A stretch of DNA of 64,000 nucleotides from Nemertoderma westbladi (Eukaryota; Animalia; Xenacoelomorpha): contig JAUCBJ010001051.1 in the NCBI GenBank assembly GCA_032718475.1, positions 1 through 64,000 on the forward strand, given 5' to 3'. Under the pieces are notes generated by a model that searched no databases, had not been told where the DNA came from, and saw only the letters and a program-made list of their open reading frames with translations. The translations under genes were made by a program, and so were the position numbers. This document shows, piece by piece, positions 35,301 to 45,900 of the stretch. Position 1 is the first letter of the stretch; each line of letters begins with the position of its first letter.

Positions 35301-38300
35301 TTTTCGAATGTTGTCCCGACAGGTGCTGGTTCCAAAGGTAGTACGTCGTCATTGATTGCTGAATTTATTCTAGGGTTTTTACCGAATACTAATTGATAAG
35401 GAGAAAATCCAGAATTGTTGTGATTACAGTTCTTAGCAAAGCAAGCCATGCGGAGAATTGAATCAATAGTTAAATCTTTCTCTGTCAAACTGACCTTATA
35501 ATATATCTCCTTTATTGTACCATTGTGTCTTTCTACAACACCATTAGAAAATGGGCAATAAGGCACTGTTGAAAGATGTTCAATGTTTAAATAATCACAC
35601 ATTTCTGTGAATGAAGCCGCAGCAAACTCACCACCGTTATCAGTCAATATCGCTCTTGAATTGCCAAATAATGACATCCAGTTATCTAATATACAACGTT
35701 GTATAGTCGTACTTTGCTTATCCATAATTCTTAAAACCATGCTGAAGCGTGTATACATATCAATTATATGTATTGCCCAAAAGGAACCACGTTGCTGGTC
35801 TTTAATATGAGTTAGATCAATGGCCAGCATTTCATTAAATTCATTGGCCATAGGTAGAGTAACTATCGGCTTTGGCTTCATTCGTTTGTATAGTTGACAA
35901 CTTTCACAACTTTCACTGATTTCGACTACATGATTTCTATCAAATGCCTGACCACTGTTGGTTAACAATGAACCCAACTTATCACAGGTCGGATGTCCGA
36001 ATTGGTTATGTAATTTTAGTATTGACTCCTTATTTAAGTTAACAACTAGAACTGAATCGCAGTCACTTAACTTAGAGTTAAACAAATCAATAGTATAGTG
36101 TCCAGACTGAATTTCTTTTAGAGATACCAAGTCACTTCTTACACTCATTGTATGGTTCGTAAAATTAATGATTGCATCCATCTTCTTCAATGATTCAACT
36201 GAAATCAGTAAAGGTAGATCACCTGCAATAATCTCTACCTTTAAGGTATGTTTCTTACCCGCAATCCAAACGGGGATAATCGTACAGAACATAGCCTTGC
36301 ACTGCTCACCACCTCCAAATGTAAATCCTGCATTTGTAGAAAACGTTTCCACCTCAACATCACAATTCTTTCTGATCCAACAACAATACATTGAATACCA
36401 CTTGTAACCTGCCACTGTTTTTGTACAAGCAGTGTCAATTATACCTCTTGGTAAAAAATCATAATCCTTCTCATCCACATGCAGACACAAGGAATGTGAT
36501 GATATAACCATGAACGATGTTGATGGTTGTTCTGCACATTGCTCCTTATGTGGACAATCGCGATACCAATGCATGGACGAATCGCATACAGAACATCTAT
36601 ATGCTGCTGATGGTCCTGGTCCTGATCTCCTAAATTCATTGAAATTATTCCCAATCTGTCGGCCTCGTCCACGCTGATAACCACCACGAAACGATCTACC
36701 ACGATTCCCCCAATTTTGTTTTCTATTCCAAAAACAGCCTTGATTCTGATTGTTCCCATGATTGTCCATGCCTAAGCTCTGCGTCTCAAATACCTCTTCC
36801 GTTTTAATTACTCGATCACATCCTGCAGCTGAAGACATTCCAGAATAAGTTCGAAGTATCGTCGATTTTATATCATTGAACTTCAATGTCGATGATGCAA
36901 GTATCATTCGTCTTTCTCGTTCATCAACATTAGCATTGTACAACAATTCAGAAGCTAAAACTACATCACTGAGAGTCATGTCATATTGTCTCATTTCGGC
37001 ATACAACTTTTCAAATTGCAGAACATAGTCTCTCATTGATATATGTGACTCCCGTCTATTTTCTTTAAATTTCATGTATGCTGAGTAAGCCCTATCATCG
37101 GCTGGCGTTTGAAATGCTTCGTCTAATAGTTGTAAAAGAGTTTCTAATCCACCCTCAACATTTAACTCATGGGCAGTTAGATTCAAACCCCTTTCTTTAG
37201 CGCGCCCAACCAAACTGAGTACCACCATCCCTGCTCTCTTTGGGGCCGGAATATCCGTCACACTACCCCATATTGCCAGCTCTTTCTTCCAATATATGTA
37301 ATCATCCACCTCGGGATCAAAGCGAGGAGGATTCTTTATTGAACTTGTTCTAGACATAAGATCCAGTACTCAAATATTTCAATACAATTTTAAAAATATT
37401 TTTTTTTTTTAATAATTAATTTTATTCATTTAATTACAGACATTAAAATTTACGAATATTTTAATTACATTATTGATCTTTTCACGCTCTGCTACCATGT
37501 TAAGAATTAAATCAATGTATAATACGAAAGGTAATGAAAGGTAATATAATAAGATAATATATATGAGAAACGTAAAGCAGAGACAGTAACAGAAAATACT
37601 AATACATCCCTGTTACAGCTGAATGCCTAACAGCTGCAAACAACTGATACATTTAAGTATAGTAGGTCGTATACAATATAAATCAATAAAGTGAATCTAT
37701 CTAATTATTAATTAGTCTATCTAGTCTCAGTTCAGAGTTTATTGTCTTTTATTGAATATCTTATTCAATGAGTTAATCATAACATGATCATTTCATCTAC
37801 GCTTTCCAAGTCGTGATTAAAAGGGCAATCGAAACTGGCATGTCCCTTTAATTGGCAATGGTGACATTGAGTCATAAATTGAGGGCAAACAGCAAAGATA
37901 TGCAAGTTATTGAGTCTGCAATATGCGCAATAAATTTCCATAGTTGGTTGTTCTTGGAAATAGGAACAGCGGACATTGGTGTCCATGGGCGTATCGTGGT
38001 CTCTCGATGCGCATAACCGACAACGTTGCCTAGAAACATAGTTGGCGTGTCGATAATCGTACGCAGTGAGACACTGTGGACCTTGATACCATTCGATGAT
38101 ATAGTCGTTGTCGCTGTTCCGGGGCGTGATAGGCTGAATCTCCTCAGATTCTAGACATATTGGTTCGTCTTCTAAGTGCATAGATGAGGTGGGCGTGTCT
38201 GTCTCCTCGGGTGGACCTATTGTCTGAATTTCTACGACAGAATAACCGGTGGGGATTCGAGGTCTTTGTATAACAGAGGAGTGCAGGTTCGATATACAAA

Positions 38301-41300
38301 TCTCCTGAAAAATGGCGAATCCAGCGCTATCCAACTTCTCTGCAGCTGAGTCTCTTAGGCTGAGCTTGGTCAAAGCGCGGTCTTTAAATTGGCTATCCAC
38401 GTTGCGGAACGGGGTTAAAAATCGCCGGAAACATTCGAAACGAATGAATTTATTATGTTCATCTAGCTTAGCGAGTTTGGTCCCAAGTATTAATGGATGG
38501 GCGCGTATGGTACGACTGCACACATCGGCTAGCCAACCGGCAAGTGCGGTGTTTTCAAAGATCGTGTATATAGCTAAGGAGGGACGGAGTGGAACACTCA
38601 TGAAGCTATACACGGCGCCAGGTGCGGTCAATGGTCCATCAAAGTATAATCGAGAATAATGGTCTCCGTATACTTGTTGATAGTTAATGGGATTTCCGAC
38701 TTTGAAATTCCATCCGTATTCCTGAAAGGCAAGATGTCCGATGGAAGTCCGTTGCGCCTTTGTAATGTTGCTAGACGTATTAGCATACATGGTGCGGAAG
38801 AAACCTCGACCTTCTGCCCAGGGAGCAATCAGCTGAGTATCAACGAAAGGGTATGGAATGTTCTCCATATTCCGAAAGTCGTTTTGGAGATCTCCATAAA
38901 CAGCTGAGCCGATTTTAAGGATTCTTTCGTTGAATAACATCTCGAGCACGGGTTGGGGTAACATCGATCCATCGATGCCCATGGCCGGTTTGCGTTTGGT
39001 ATCAATGACGTAACGCTGCTCGAGTTCGAATTGTCCATGTCGGAGATTCTTTTGTGTTTCGGTGAGAGTTTCGAATGAATAATCAATCACGTCGGAACAC
39101 GCTCGAGTAAATACGTGGGTAGAACCAGCTAATCCGCGTATGTGGATCATGCGCGTAGTTCCTAGTTCTCCGACTGGAACGCTACCTTCATTATCGTAGG
39201 TGACAACTCCATACATCTCAATAACGTTAAGAGTTTCATTCCACTACTTGGTGGCGTTCTCTAGGGTCATCCCTACTGGATGCCACAAGGTGGCGCATTG
39301 GTTAGCGTCAGGGAGATCACTATACTTCATGTGCCGAGTGGTATACGTCTCCACATTTCCATATCTTTGTATTTTCTCTTCTTCAAATAATACATCTAGA
39401 TTCCAATGGACTAATCGAGTTTTAATAAATCCATCGAGATTATAAGGAGGTTCTATATCTTTCTCGATTCGAGCAATGTTATACGGTTTTCTAAATGAGT
39501 TTACCTTTACTAACTGATCCAGATGTTTCTGCAATTGTTCGAGTTCGACAATGTCTAGAGGATTTATTAGTGGTAGAAACTTTAAATTATGCGTCGGGTC
39601 CTCTGGTTTTATCATATAATATTGAGTCAGATTCACGTAATAAGGGTGGTCTTTAATCCCATAAAACGAGTTCTGTAAAGGTCTAGCGCGTATGTTGACA
39701 TCGTGTACCATACGACGGACAAGATCCGCTCGATTGTCCGGAGGTTCAACGAGTATACCGTCAACACGAGCGGCCTCGATCGGCAGACGCTGTAACATAG
39801 GGGCGTCAGCGATAAGATTTTGCGATCCTATACTGATATCAACCGGTTGAGGTTGTATCGTCGCGAAGAGCTTGTCACCGAAATGTGGAATCATCGAGGG
39901 ATGACGAACGGTTTTAGAGTAGAGATCCGTCATGAGGATTTGAGCTTCAGGTTGGGCTAAAGCGGCTTCTTCTCTTTCTTCCAGTTTCGTGTGTTTCTCC
40001 TCGAGTAGAATTTCTTCCGCTTGTCTCTGTAAGCGTCCATCTAAGAATTCTTGTAGAGAATACGTGCGTCCAAGCTCGATGTCTTCCTTGAGGTTTCGAA
40101 TTTCTCTATCGAACTGTGGTAAGGCTAACTCCTTCACCGATTGGACTTGTTGTTGTAATTTACGTTTCTCTAAACAATCTTGTGTTCCCTTTCCGATTTT
40201 CTGTCGAATGGCGTCCAAAGCGTTTCTTATAACACTCTCCTCGACTTCCGTAGCGGGTTGTATCGGGTTTAATCCTGGACGATTGTAAGGATCAAAGGGC
40301 GATATTAACTGCCCGCGTCCCAATCCGGCTAAGTAGGATGGGCGAATGTCTAACGAACCCACTACCGGAGCACCACCGATTAATTGTTCGGGTAACACTA
40401 AGTCTTTGAACAGGGAATATAGTTCGGGAGGATCAGTGATACTGTTAGGATCAAGAGTTTGAGGTCTCACTAAGGAATGAGGAGGCCTGACCGAGTATTC
40501 CGGAACTCTGATCATGGGTTTATTCAGTGATCGTTTAAGACGAGCGATCGTGGGTGGTACGTCGAACAGATTTCGCTCGAAACTCCCGTAAGTGTAACGC
40601 GTAAAGCTGTGTTTAGCGCAATGTCTCCGCGGATGTTTGTGTCTTTCAGTTTGTTGGTTGGGTCTAGGGCATTTGTCACAATAATACCAAAGACGTACGT
40701 CTTGTAGAGGAAACGCGGGTGATCGTTCTCCAGTTTTGCAATATTCTTCCATTTGTTCAAAACTGTCTGGGATAACAGGTAGTGGACGATCTGCGGTAAG
40801 ATACATCATAGTGAAATAGAGCCGTTTGAGTTCTGCCATAGGGTCGTGATGTATACCTTGAGGATATCGAGTCTCTAGGTTCTGCTGACTGGCGATGTTG
40901 AGATAAGTTTCTCTCAAAAATTCTAGGTATTCGTTGAAGTCAATGCGTTTATCTGGTTCTTCAACGTTTTCTCTTTCCAGTCTATTACGAATAGAATTTT
41001 CGTGATCTATTCTCGGTTTATCGTTACGACTCCGCTGGGTATGATATTTAAATAGAACCATTTCCCTCTCTGTATCTACATCGTCTGTATCATGTAAATC
41101 GATAGGATGGCTGGTAGTTAAGAAGTCCATATACGTACCATTACGATTCGTATAGCGAGTGGTGAATTTTCGATAGTCCAATTCACGCGCGAGTTGCTCT
41201 CGGGACATCGGCGGTTCGATATAACGACCATCGTCCTCCGTAATGGTTGGATCGGTTTCACCGCGTATCAAGCTATCCACAAATGCTTGTAAAGGTAGAG

Positions 41301-41346
41301 TATATCGCTCCCTGATACCAAGATCATCTTCTATCAACTCCATCAT
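32361..41346 (-). CDS. BEL accessory ORF (~1417 codons reconstructed) with DEDDy 3'-5' exonuclease-like domain and zinc knuckles; interrupted by one TAG (39244-39246) and the Copia insertion
   Basis: The 700-aa and 479-aa ORFs are in frame across ATK*WNETLNVIEMYG. Removing the Copia and one TSD continues EMITLRYIRAWEAN... open to RKRRPRKKD* at 32361. Motifs: GVVTYDNEG, LPQPVLEMLFNERILKIGSAVYGDL, FVDTQ, SIGHLA; CRLCASRDH, CAYC...H...C, CHHCQLKGHASFDC. Confidence 0.8.
33058..37784 (-). mobile_element. Intact Ty1/Copia element, GalEa-like, nested in the BEL accessory ORF
   Basis: 287-bp LTRs at 33058-33344 and 37498-37784 with no difference noticed; TGATC TSD; primer-binding site (PBS) TGGTAGCAGAGCG; polypurine tract GGAGAAGACGGGGAA. 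Confidence 0.95.
33299..37357 (-). CDS. Copia gag-pol (gag, CCHC, protease, integrase, RT, RNase H)
   Basis: CSVCDSSMHWYRDC; IIDTAC; LHNQFGH..C..C; TDNGGEF; NGVVER; KARLVARGF; YGLTEASRQW; HVDD; DMLADPLTK. Integrase precedes RT. Confidence 0.95.
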   Translation of the reverse strand: MSRTSSIKNPPRFDPEVDDYIYWKKELAIWGSVTDIPAPKRAGMVVLSLVGRAKERGLNLTAHELNVEGGLETLLQLLDEAFQTPADDRAYSAYMKFKENRRESHISMRDYVLQFEKLYAEMRQYDMTLSDVVLASELLYNANVDERERRMILASSTLKFNDIKSTILRTYSGMSSAAGCDRVIKTEEVFETQSLGMDNHGNNQNQGCFWNRKQNWGNRGRSFRGGYQRGRGRQIGNNFNEFRRSGPGPSAAYRCSVCDSSMHWYRDCPHKEQCAEQPSTSFMVISSHSLCLHVDEKDYDFLPRGIIDTACTKTVAGYKWYSMYCCWIRKNCDVEVETFSTNAGFTFGGGEQCKAMFCTIIPVWIAGKKHTLKVEIIAGDLPLLISVESLKKMDAIINFTNHTMSVRSDLVSLKEIQSGHYTIDLFNSKLSDCDSVLVVNLNKESILKLHNQFGHPTCDKLGSLLTNSGQAFDRNHVVEISESCESCQLYKRMKPKPIVTLPMANEFNEMLAIDLTHIKDQQRGSFWAIHIIDMYTRFSMVLRIMDKQSTTIQRCILDNWMSLFGNSRAILTDNGGEFAAASFTEMCDYLNIEHLSTVPYCPFSNGVVERHNGTIKEIYYKVSLTEKDLTIDSILRMACFAKNCNHNNSGFSPYQLVFGKNPRINSAINDDVLPLEPAPVGTTFEKHLRCLRETRIAYTQVENSERIRRALRCITRETGQTFKEGESVYFRHHNNRRWSGPARVVSQDGTEVLVKHGCRYLRCHRDELRRNNSQDISVSNTEVPGNIGQQNHESKKIQVDGKNDMSDDDETESNDELDDNNVDDLLHGATGDSTIQPGNSEPLRRSTRQRNEPDRFVSMFVRAKEEKDTPKFDNAKYKEYKSWVDNNAFEEINEDDIKGNSTVISTRWVLTYKGDGDEKYPKARLVARGFEDTDDVLGYAPTVTKYSMRIALSIASDDDWSAVVVDFKTAFLQGHQIQRDVYLIPPKGVPLTYGSKTLWKLRKCVYGLTEASRQWYGKVKDEILKLGGIMSKMDNAMFIFKSVDNVVGVIGLHVDDVLLAGTPSMVNAIVEKLDSIFKIGKIKKVNSEWVEFLGLQIRKRDSRFEISQAKYVDQLECLNVSDTVRIGCESETARTAVGKLMWLCTTSRPDISFSVSRLASCTSTATVSDLNKLNKLIRTVKSQPFILPLLRDMSDCITVYVDASFGNPSWGGYILLWGRAVIGWKSYRLKRVTRSALAAEAISMVDAVDEAVYLRSLISEFNPATSKRTSIKLITDNRCLFNCINNGSLCSEKRLQLDLDCVREVINEQRQFGNDRPIEWVSTVDMLADPLTKEKTGNVMINSLNKIFNKRQ

Positions 41347-42970
41347 ATCTGCTATCTGAGTTTATTAATATCAAATAAGTTTATACTTAGGCGAGCGGGC
41401 GTCGCTGCCTATTTCTTTTTGCCCCCGGACAGTGGGATTCTCAGCGCCGATATACCGTCGTCGCGGTGTTTACGCCAACATGTAGCAACAGCACGACAAC
41501 GATAACCGGCACAAGTCACTCCACTGTCCGTCCCAAAGGCTTGGATCCACTTAGGTTCTTTTTATAGGAAAGTTGGGCTATTTTTACAATTGCGACTAGC
41601 TACTGTAAACATACTTTAGTAGTAACATTCACCTATCAACGCACAAATTCAACACAACTGCAACAAACTGCACACATTCGGGCCATTTGTCCGTTAGTCA
41701 GTGCCTTCCAGAATGTCACTGTATTTATTATGTATCCTTGGATACTAGCGGTGCGCTATTTATTCCCTATGCTATTCAATGGGGCATGCCTTCTATTGTT
41801 CTTTTAACTCACTTCTAATTCTAGCGTGGTTGTTGCCATGGTGACATTATGGAAAGCTAGCGGTAGAATTAGGGTAATTCTCATGCATACAGATCTGGGA
41901 TGCTATTTAATAATAATTCTTTAATTGTCAATATCCTCTCTATGTATGATTTTATTAATTTTATCGGCTATTGACTATATGTTGGAGATTTTCGCACTCT
42001 AATACACTCAATAGGATGAATCTCCGCTCCCATGATCTATTAATTAATGGAATTTTGGGAATGTTATAAATTGTACAAAATGACAATTTATGAAATTCAT
42101 TTGATGTATGAATTTAAATTTATTCCCGTGAATTTTATTATTTGGTGTTAAAATTGACACAATTTGATTCCAGAGCAGGTCTGGGGACATAGGATCCTTA
42201 ATTCTATGAAATTTGTCTTTAAGAGTATCGGTAAGTGCTACGATATCTTAATCGACTAGAATTGTTAACTGATCTGAATTTTACAGATTTTACTAAATAT
42301 TAAATTAATATTTAAGATGGGCACCGATTTATTCCAGAACTTGTCTGGGGACGTTAACCACTGATTCTAGAATTTGTCTTTCAAGTATATCGGTGGGTGC
42401 CGCGATATCTTAATCGACTAGAATTACAGATGGTCAAAAGTTTAACAGATTTGTTTGCGTTTTACGCTACTGTTATAAGGACATCACGCTACTATATGTA
42501 TTATTTAATATAAGGTAGAAGAGCAATATCGCACGAAGCAATGTCAGTGTGAAGAGGCAAGTCGTTTCCAAGGTCTACCCAGAGCTTGGTTTAGCCGAGA
42601 CACGAGGATCTGAACTTTGCATTCCTAATACTCTGCCTACCAATAATACTTGAATATAGTAGTGGCTTTATTGTACTTTAAGAAGTACGGACATTTCATC
42701 TTACTGTAGTCACGTATTTATAATATGATACGGACAGTAAGGAAAGAGAAAATAATTATTTCTCGCCGTCGCACTAAATATATATTATAAGTAATTACGT
42801 ACATAATAAACACTAATATATTGCACTAATCTACTAAATAATCACTAAAATAACATTCTACTAAATAAAAATTGAATAAAAACGATTATAATAAAGTACA
42901 TAATAAAGTTCGCATATAAAATGTAATAAAATAGATAAAATAATATAGTCATACACCCACTCCAGACGTA

Positions 42971-45900
42971 TCACGTTTGGGAGTCCCTAGCTGTTTGAGG
43001 AATTAGGGAGGTGGTCGTAGGAAGAGTGTCTTGCTTTCCATAGTTTCCGGAGAGTTCTCTGTCTCTTTCCAGTAAACATAAACGACCAACTGGGCGATTG
43101 AGTTGTTGCGTCTCAAAGATTATGCCGGGCTTCTTGAAGTTACGCCGCATAACGATGAGTTCTACTGAGCGCACTAAACCATCCTCCGAGATATGGGTCT
43201 CGATGATACGACCTGTCTGCCACCGTTTACGTGGGAGGTCTGGATCTACAATAAGTACCATATCTCCGGCGCTGACGTTTTCTTGCTGCGCAAACCACTT
43301 AGTTCGAAGTTGTAGCGTGGGCAGATAATGTTTCTCGAAATGGTCAGCGAAACGACGGGATAGCAACTGCATAAGTTGCCAAGTTCGACGGCAGTATTCG
43401 TCTCCGTCGGCAATCTCCGATCGTGGGAGCATGGCTACCGGTTTCTTCAGTAGGAAGTGCGCAGGTGTTAGCGCTTCCAGGGAATCGGGACTCGATGAGA
43501 CTGGCATAAGCGGTCTCTCGTTGAGATAGGCAGCTATTTCCTCCATTAACGTCCGCAAAAGTTCGTCGGTGAGATACGCACGGCATGGCACTATAAAGTG
43601 AAATGCGGTCTTAACACTTCTAATTAATCTCTCCCAACTTCCTCCCCACCAAGGGGCGTCGGCGGCATTGAAGGTCCAGCTAGATGCTGTTATCCTTAGC
43701 TGGTCGTCCACCTGTCTTTGGTTCCAGTCCTTTACGTAAGCCTGTATTTCGTTGTTGGCACCAATGAAGTTCGTTCCCTTGTCCGATCTCATGGTATTAC
43801 TCGTACCGAAGCGAGCGATCTGTCGTCGTAAACTTAAGACGAAGCTGTTGGTAGATAGATCGTTCACCATATCGAGATGGATGGCTCTGCAAGTCATGCA
43901 CACGAAGATGACACACCATCTCTTGACTATAGTCCTCGCACGATATACTTCAATAGGGCCAAATAAATCTACACCAGTATTGGTAAAAGGTGGTTCATAG
44001 AAGCTTACTCGTTCCCTAGGTAATTCTGCCTCTCGCTGTGTTAAAGGCCTACTGAATACTTTCCTACAGGGTATGCAGTTCCTAAGAACTTGGTTCAGAG
44101 CTCTACGGGGTTTATCAAAATAATAGCGAGTTCGAATTTCGCTAAGAACTCGTTCTCTACCAGCATGATAAAGCTTACTGTGAACATCTACAATCATCTT
44201 GATTTGTACTTCAAGATTTCTAATGAGTATGGGGAATTTAGTGTCAAAGGATAAGGGTGCATTGGTGAGCCTTCCTCCAACACGTATCAACCCATCTATC
44301 ATTGTGCTAGAGAATCGATCCCTTAAGCGCATCTGCGGATTTCTCAACAACAGGCAATACTTTTCGGAATCCTCATAGCATTGCAGGAGTCTCAGTATCT
44401 GTTTATTGGTCTCTTCATGCTCCTGGTGACTAATTTTCTCCTTTAGAAAACTGTCAGATACCTTATATTTAGGTAAGTTTTTAATAACATGAACTTGTGC
44501 AGATGTCAATGGAGCGTTATCACTAGTGGTCTTCGTCCTGGAGTAGTGATGATGAAAGCATCTCTTTAAATATGTGACGGCTTTACAGAGCCGATTCCAG
44601 GAACTGTAGTGATGCATCGCTCTCTGCAACAGGGGTGAGATTCCTTGCGAGACGTCTGGTATTCCAGATTTCCAATCTCTATCTCGAATTTCCGCAACAG
44701 ACTTATTTATGGCGAGGGATTGTGGATCCGAATCATCGTTTCCGGAAACCTGTAATACAGATAGATCGATAGTCGGTTTAAATAACTTCGATTTACTCGC
44801 CCGGGTTTTAGGTTTGACTGTCTCCGCTCCCTTGGCTTGTCTAATTTCCGCCGTAGTAAGGTGAGGAGGCCATTCATCCTCTTCCTTGCTCAGGAAGTCG
44901 GGTCCACTCAACCAGTCGGGAGTATCTATCAGTTCCTGTGGAGTTGCTCCCCTGGAGGCGATATTGGCTGGATTAATCATACCAGGGCAATGTCTCCATT
45001 GATCTATCTTTGTGCGACTAAGAATAATAGCTACTCTGTTAGTAACAAAAACGCTGAACTGACAGACTTCATTGGTCAGATACTCCAACACGAGTAAAGC
45101 GTCGGTCCAATAAACTGTCTTCTCCAGTGGATAGTCGATTTGTTCCGTTACGTTCCGGCCGATGGCTGTAGCGTATAAAGCCGCCTTTAACTCCGCTCGA
45201 GGAACCTTTAACTTGTTGTTAATCAATGCCTTAGAGGTAACCAAGGCGACTTTGATTCCCTCCGGAGTTTCGACTCGCAGATATGCTACTATACCTATTC
45301 CCATGTCGCTGGCGTCTCCAAACACATGGAGTTGATAGGAATACGTAGGAAGAACATGGCCAAAATATGCACGGGAAATTATAAAGTTCTCGATGGCAGG
45401 TAGAGAATCTTCCCATTTCATCCATTTCTTTAACAATTCTCCCTTAAGCGGATCGTCCCATGAGTGGTTTTCAAGCCACATTTGTTGTACTAAACTCCGA
45501 GCAATCAATATAACTGGGCTAATGAATCCCAATGGGTCGAAATAAGTGCTCAGGATACTTAAACAAATCCGTTTGGTCCGAACTGGATTATCTCGCTGTT
45601 TTAACTGAAAAAACAGGATATCTCTTTCCGTGTCCCACTTCAAGCCAAGCGTCTTGGTTTCAGGAAGATCGTCCTTTATTAAGTCTAAGTCTTTCGCTCC
45701 GCGATCTTCTACCGGTATGGCTTCCAGAAACTCACGGGAGTTGCTAGTAAATTTCGTCAGCCGAAATCCACCTCTTTTCAAACACTCTACCATTCCTTTC
45801 GCGACAGCTATGGCTTCTTCTACTGCTGGAAGGGACCTTAAATTGTCGTCCATGTATATATTACGTTTTATATTGTCTATCACTTCCTTTGAGAAGGAGT

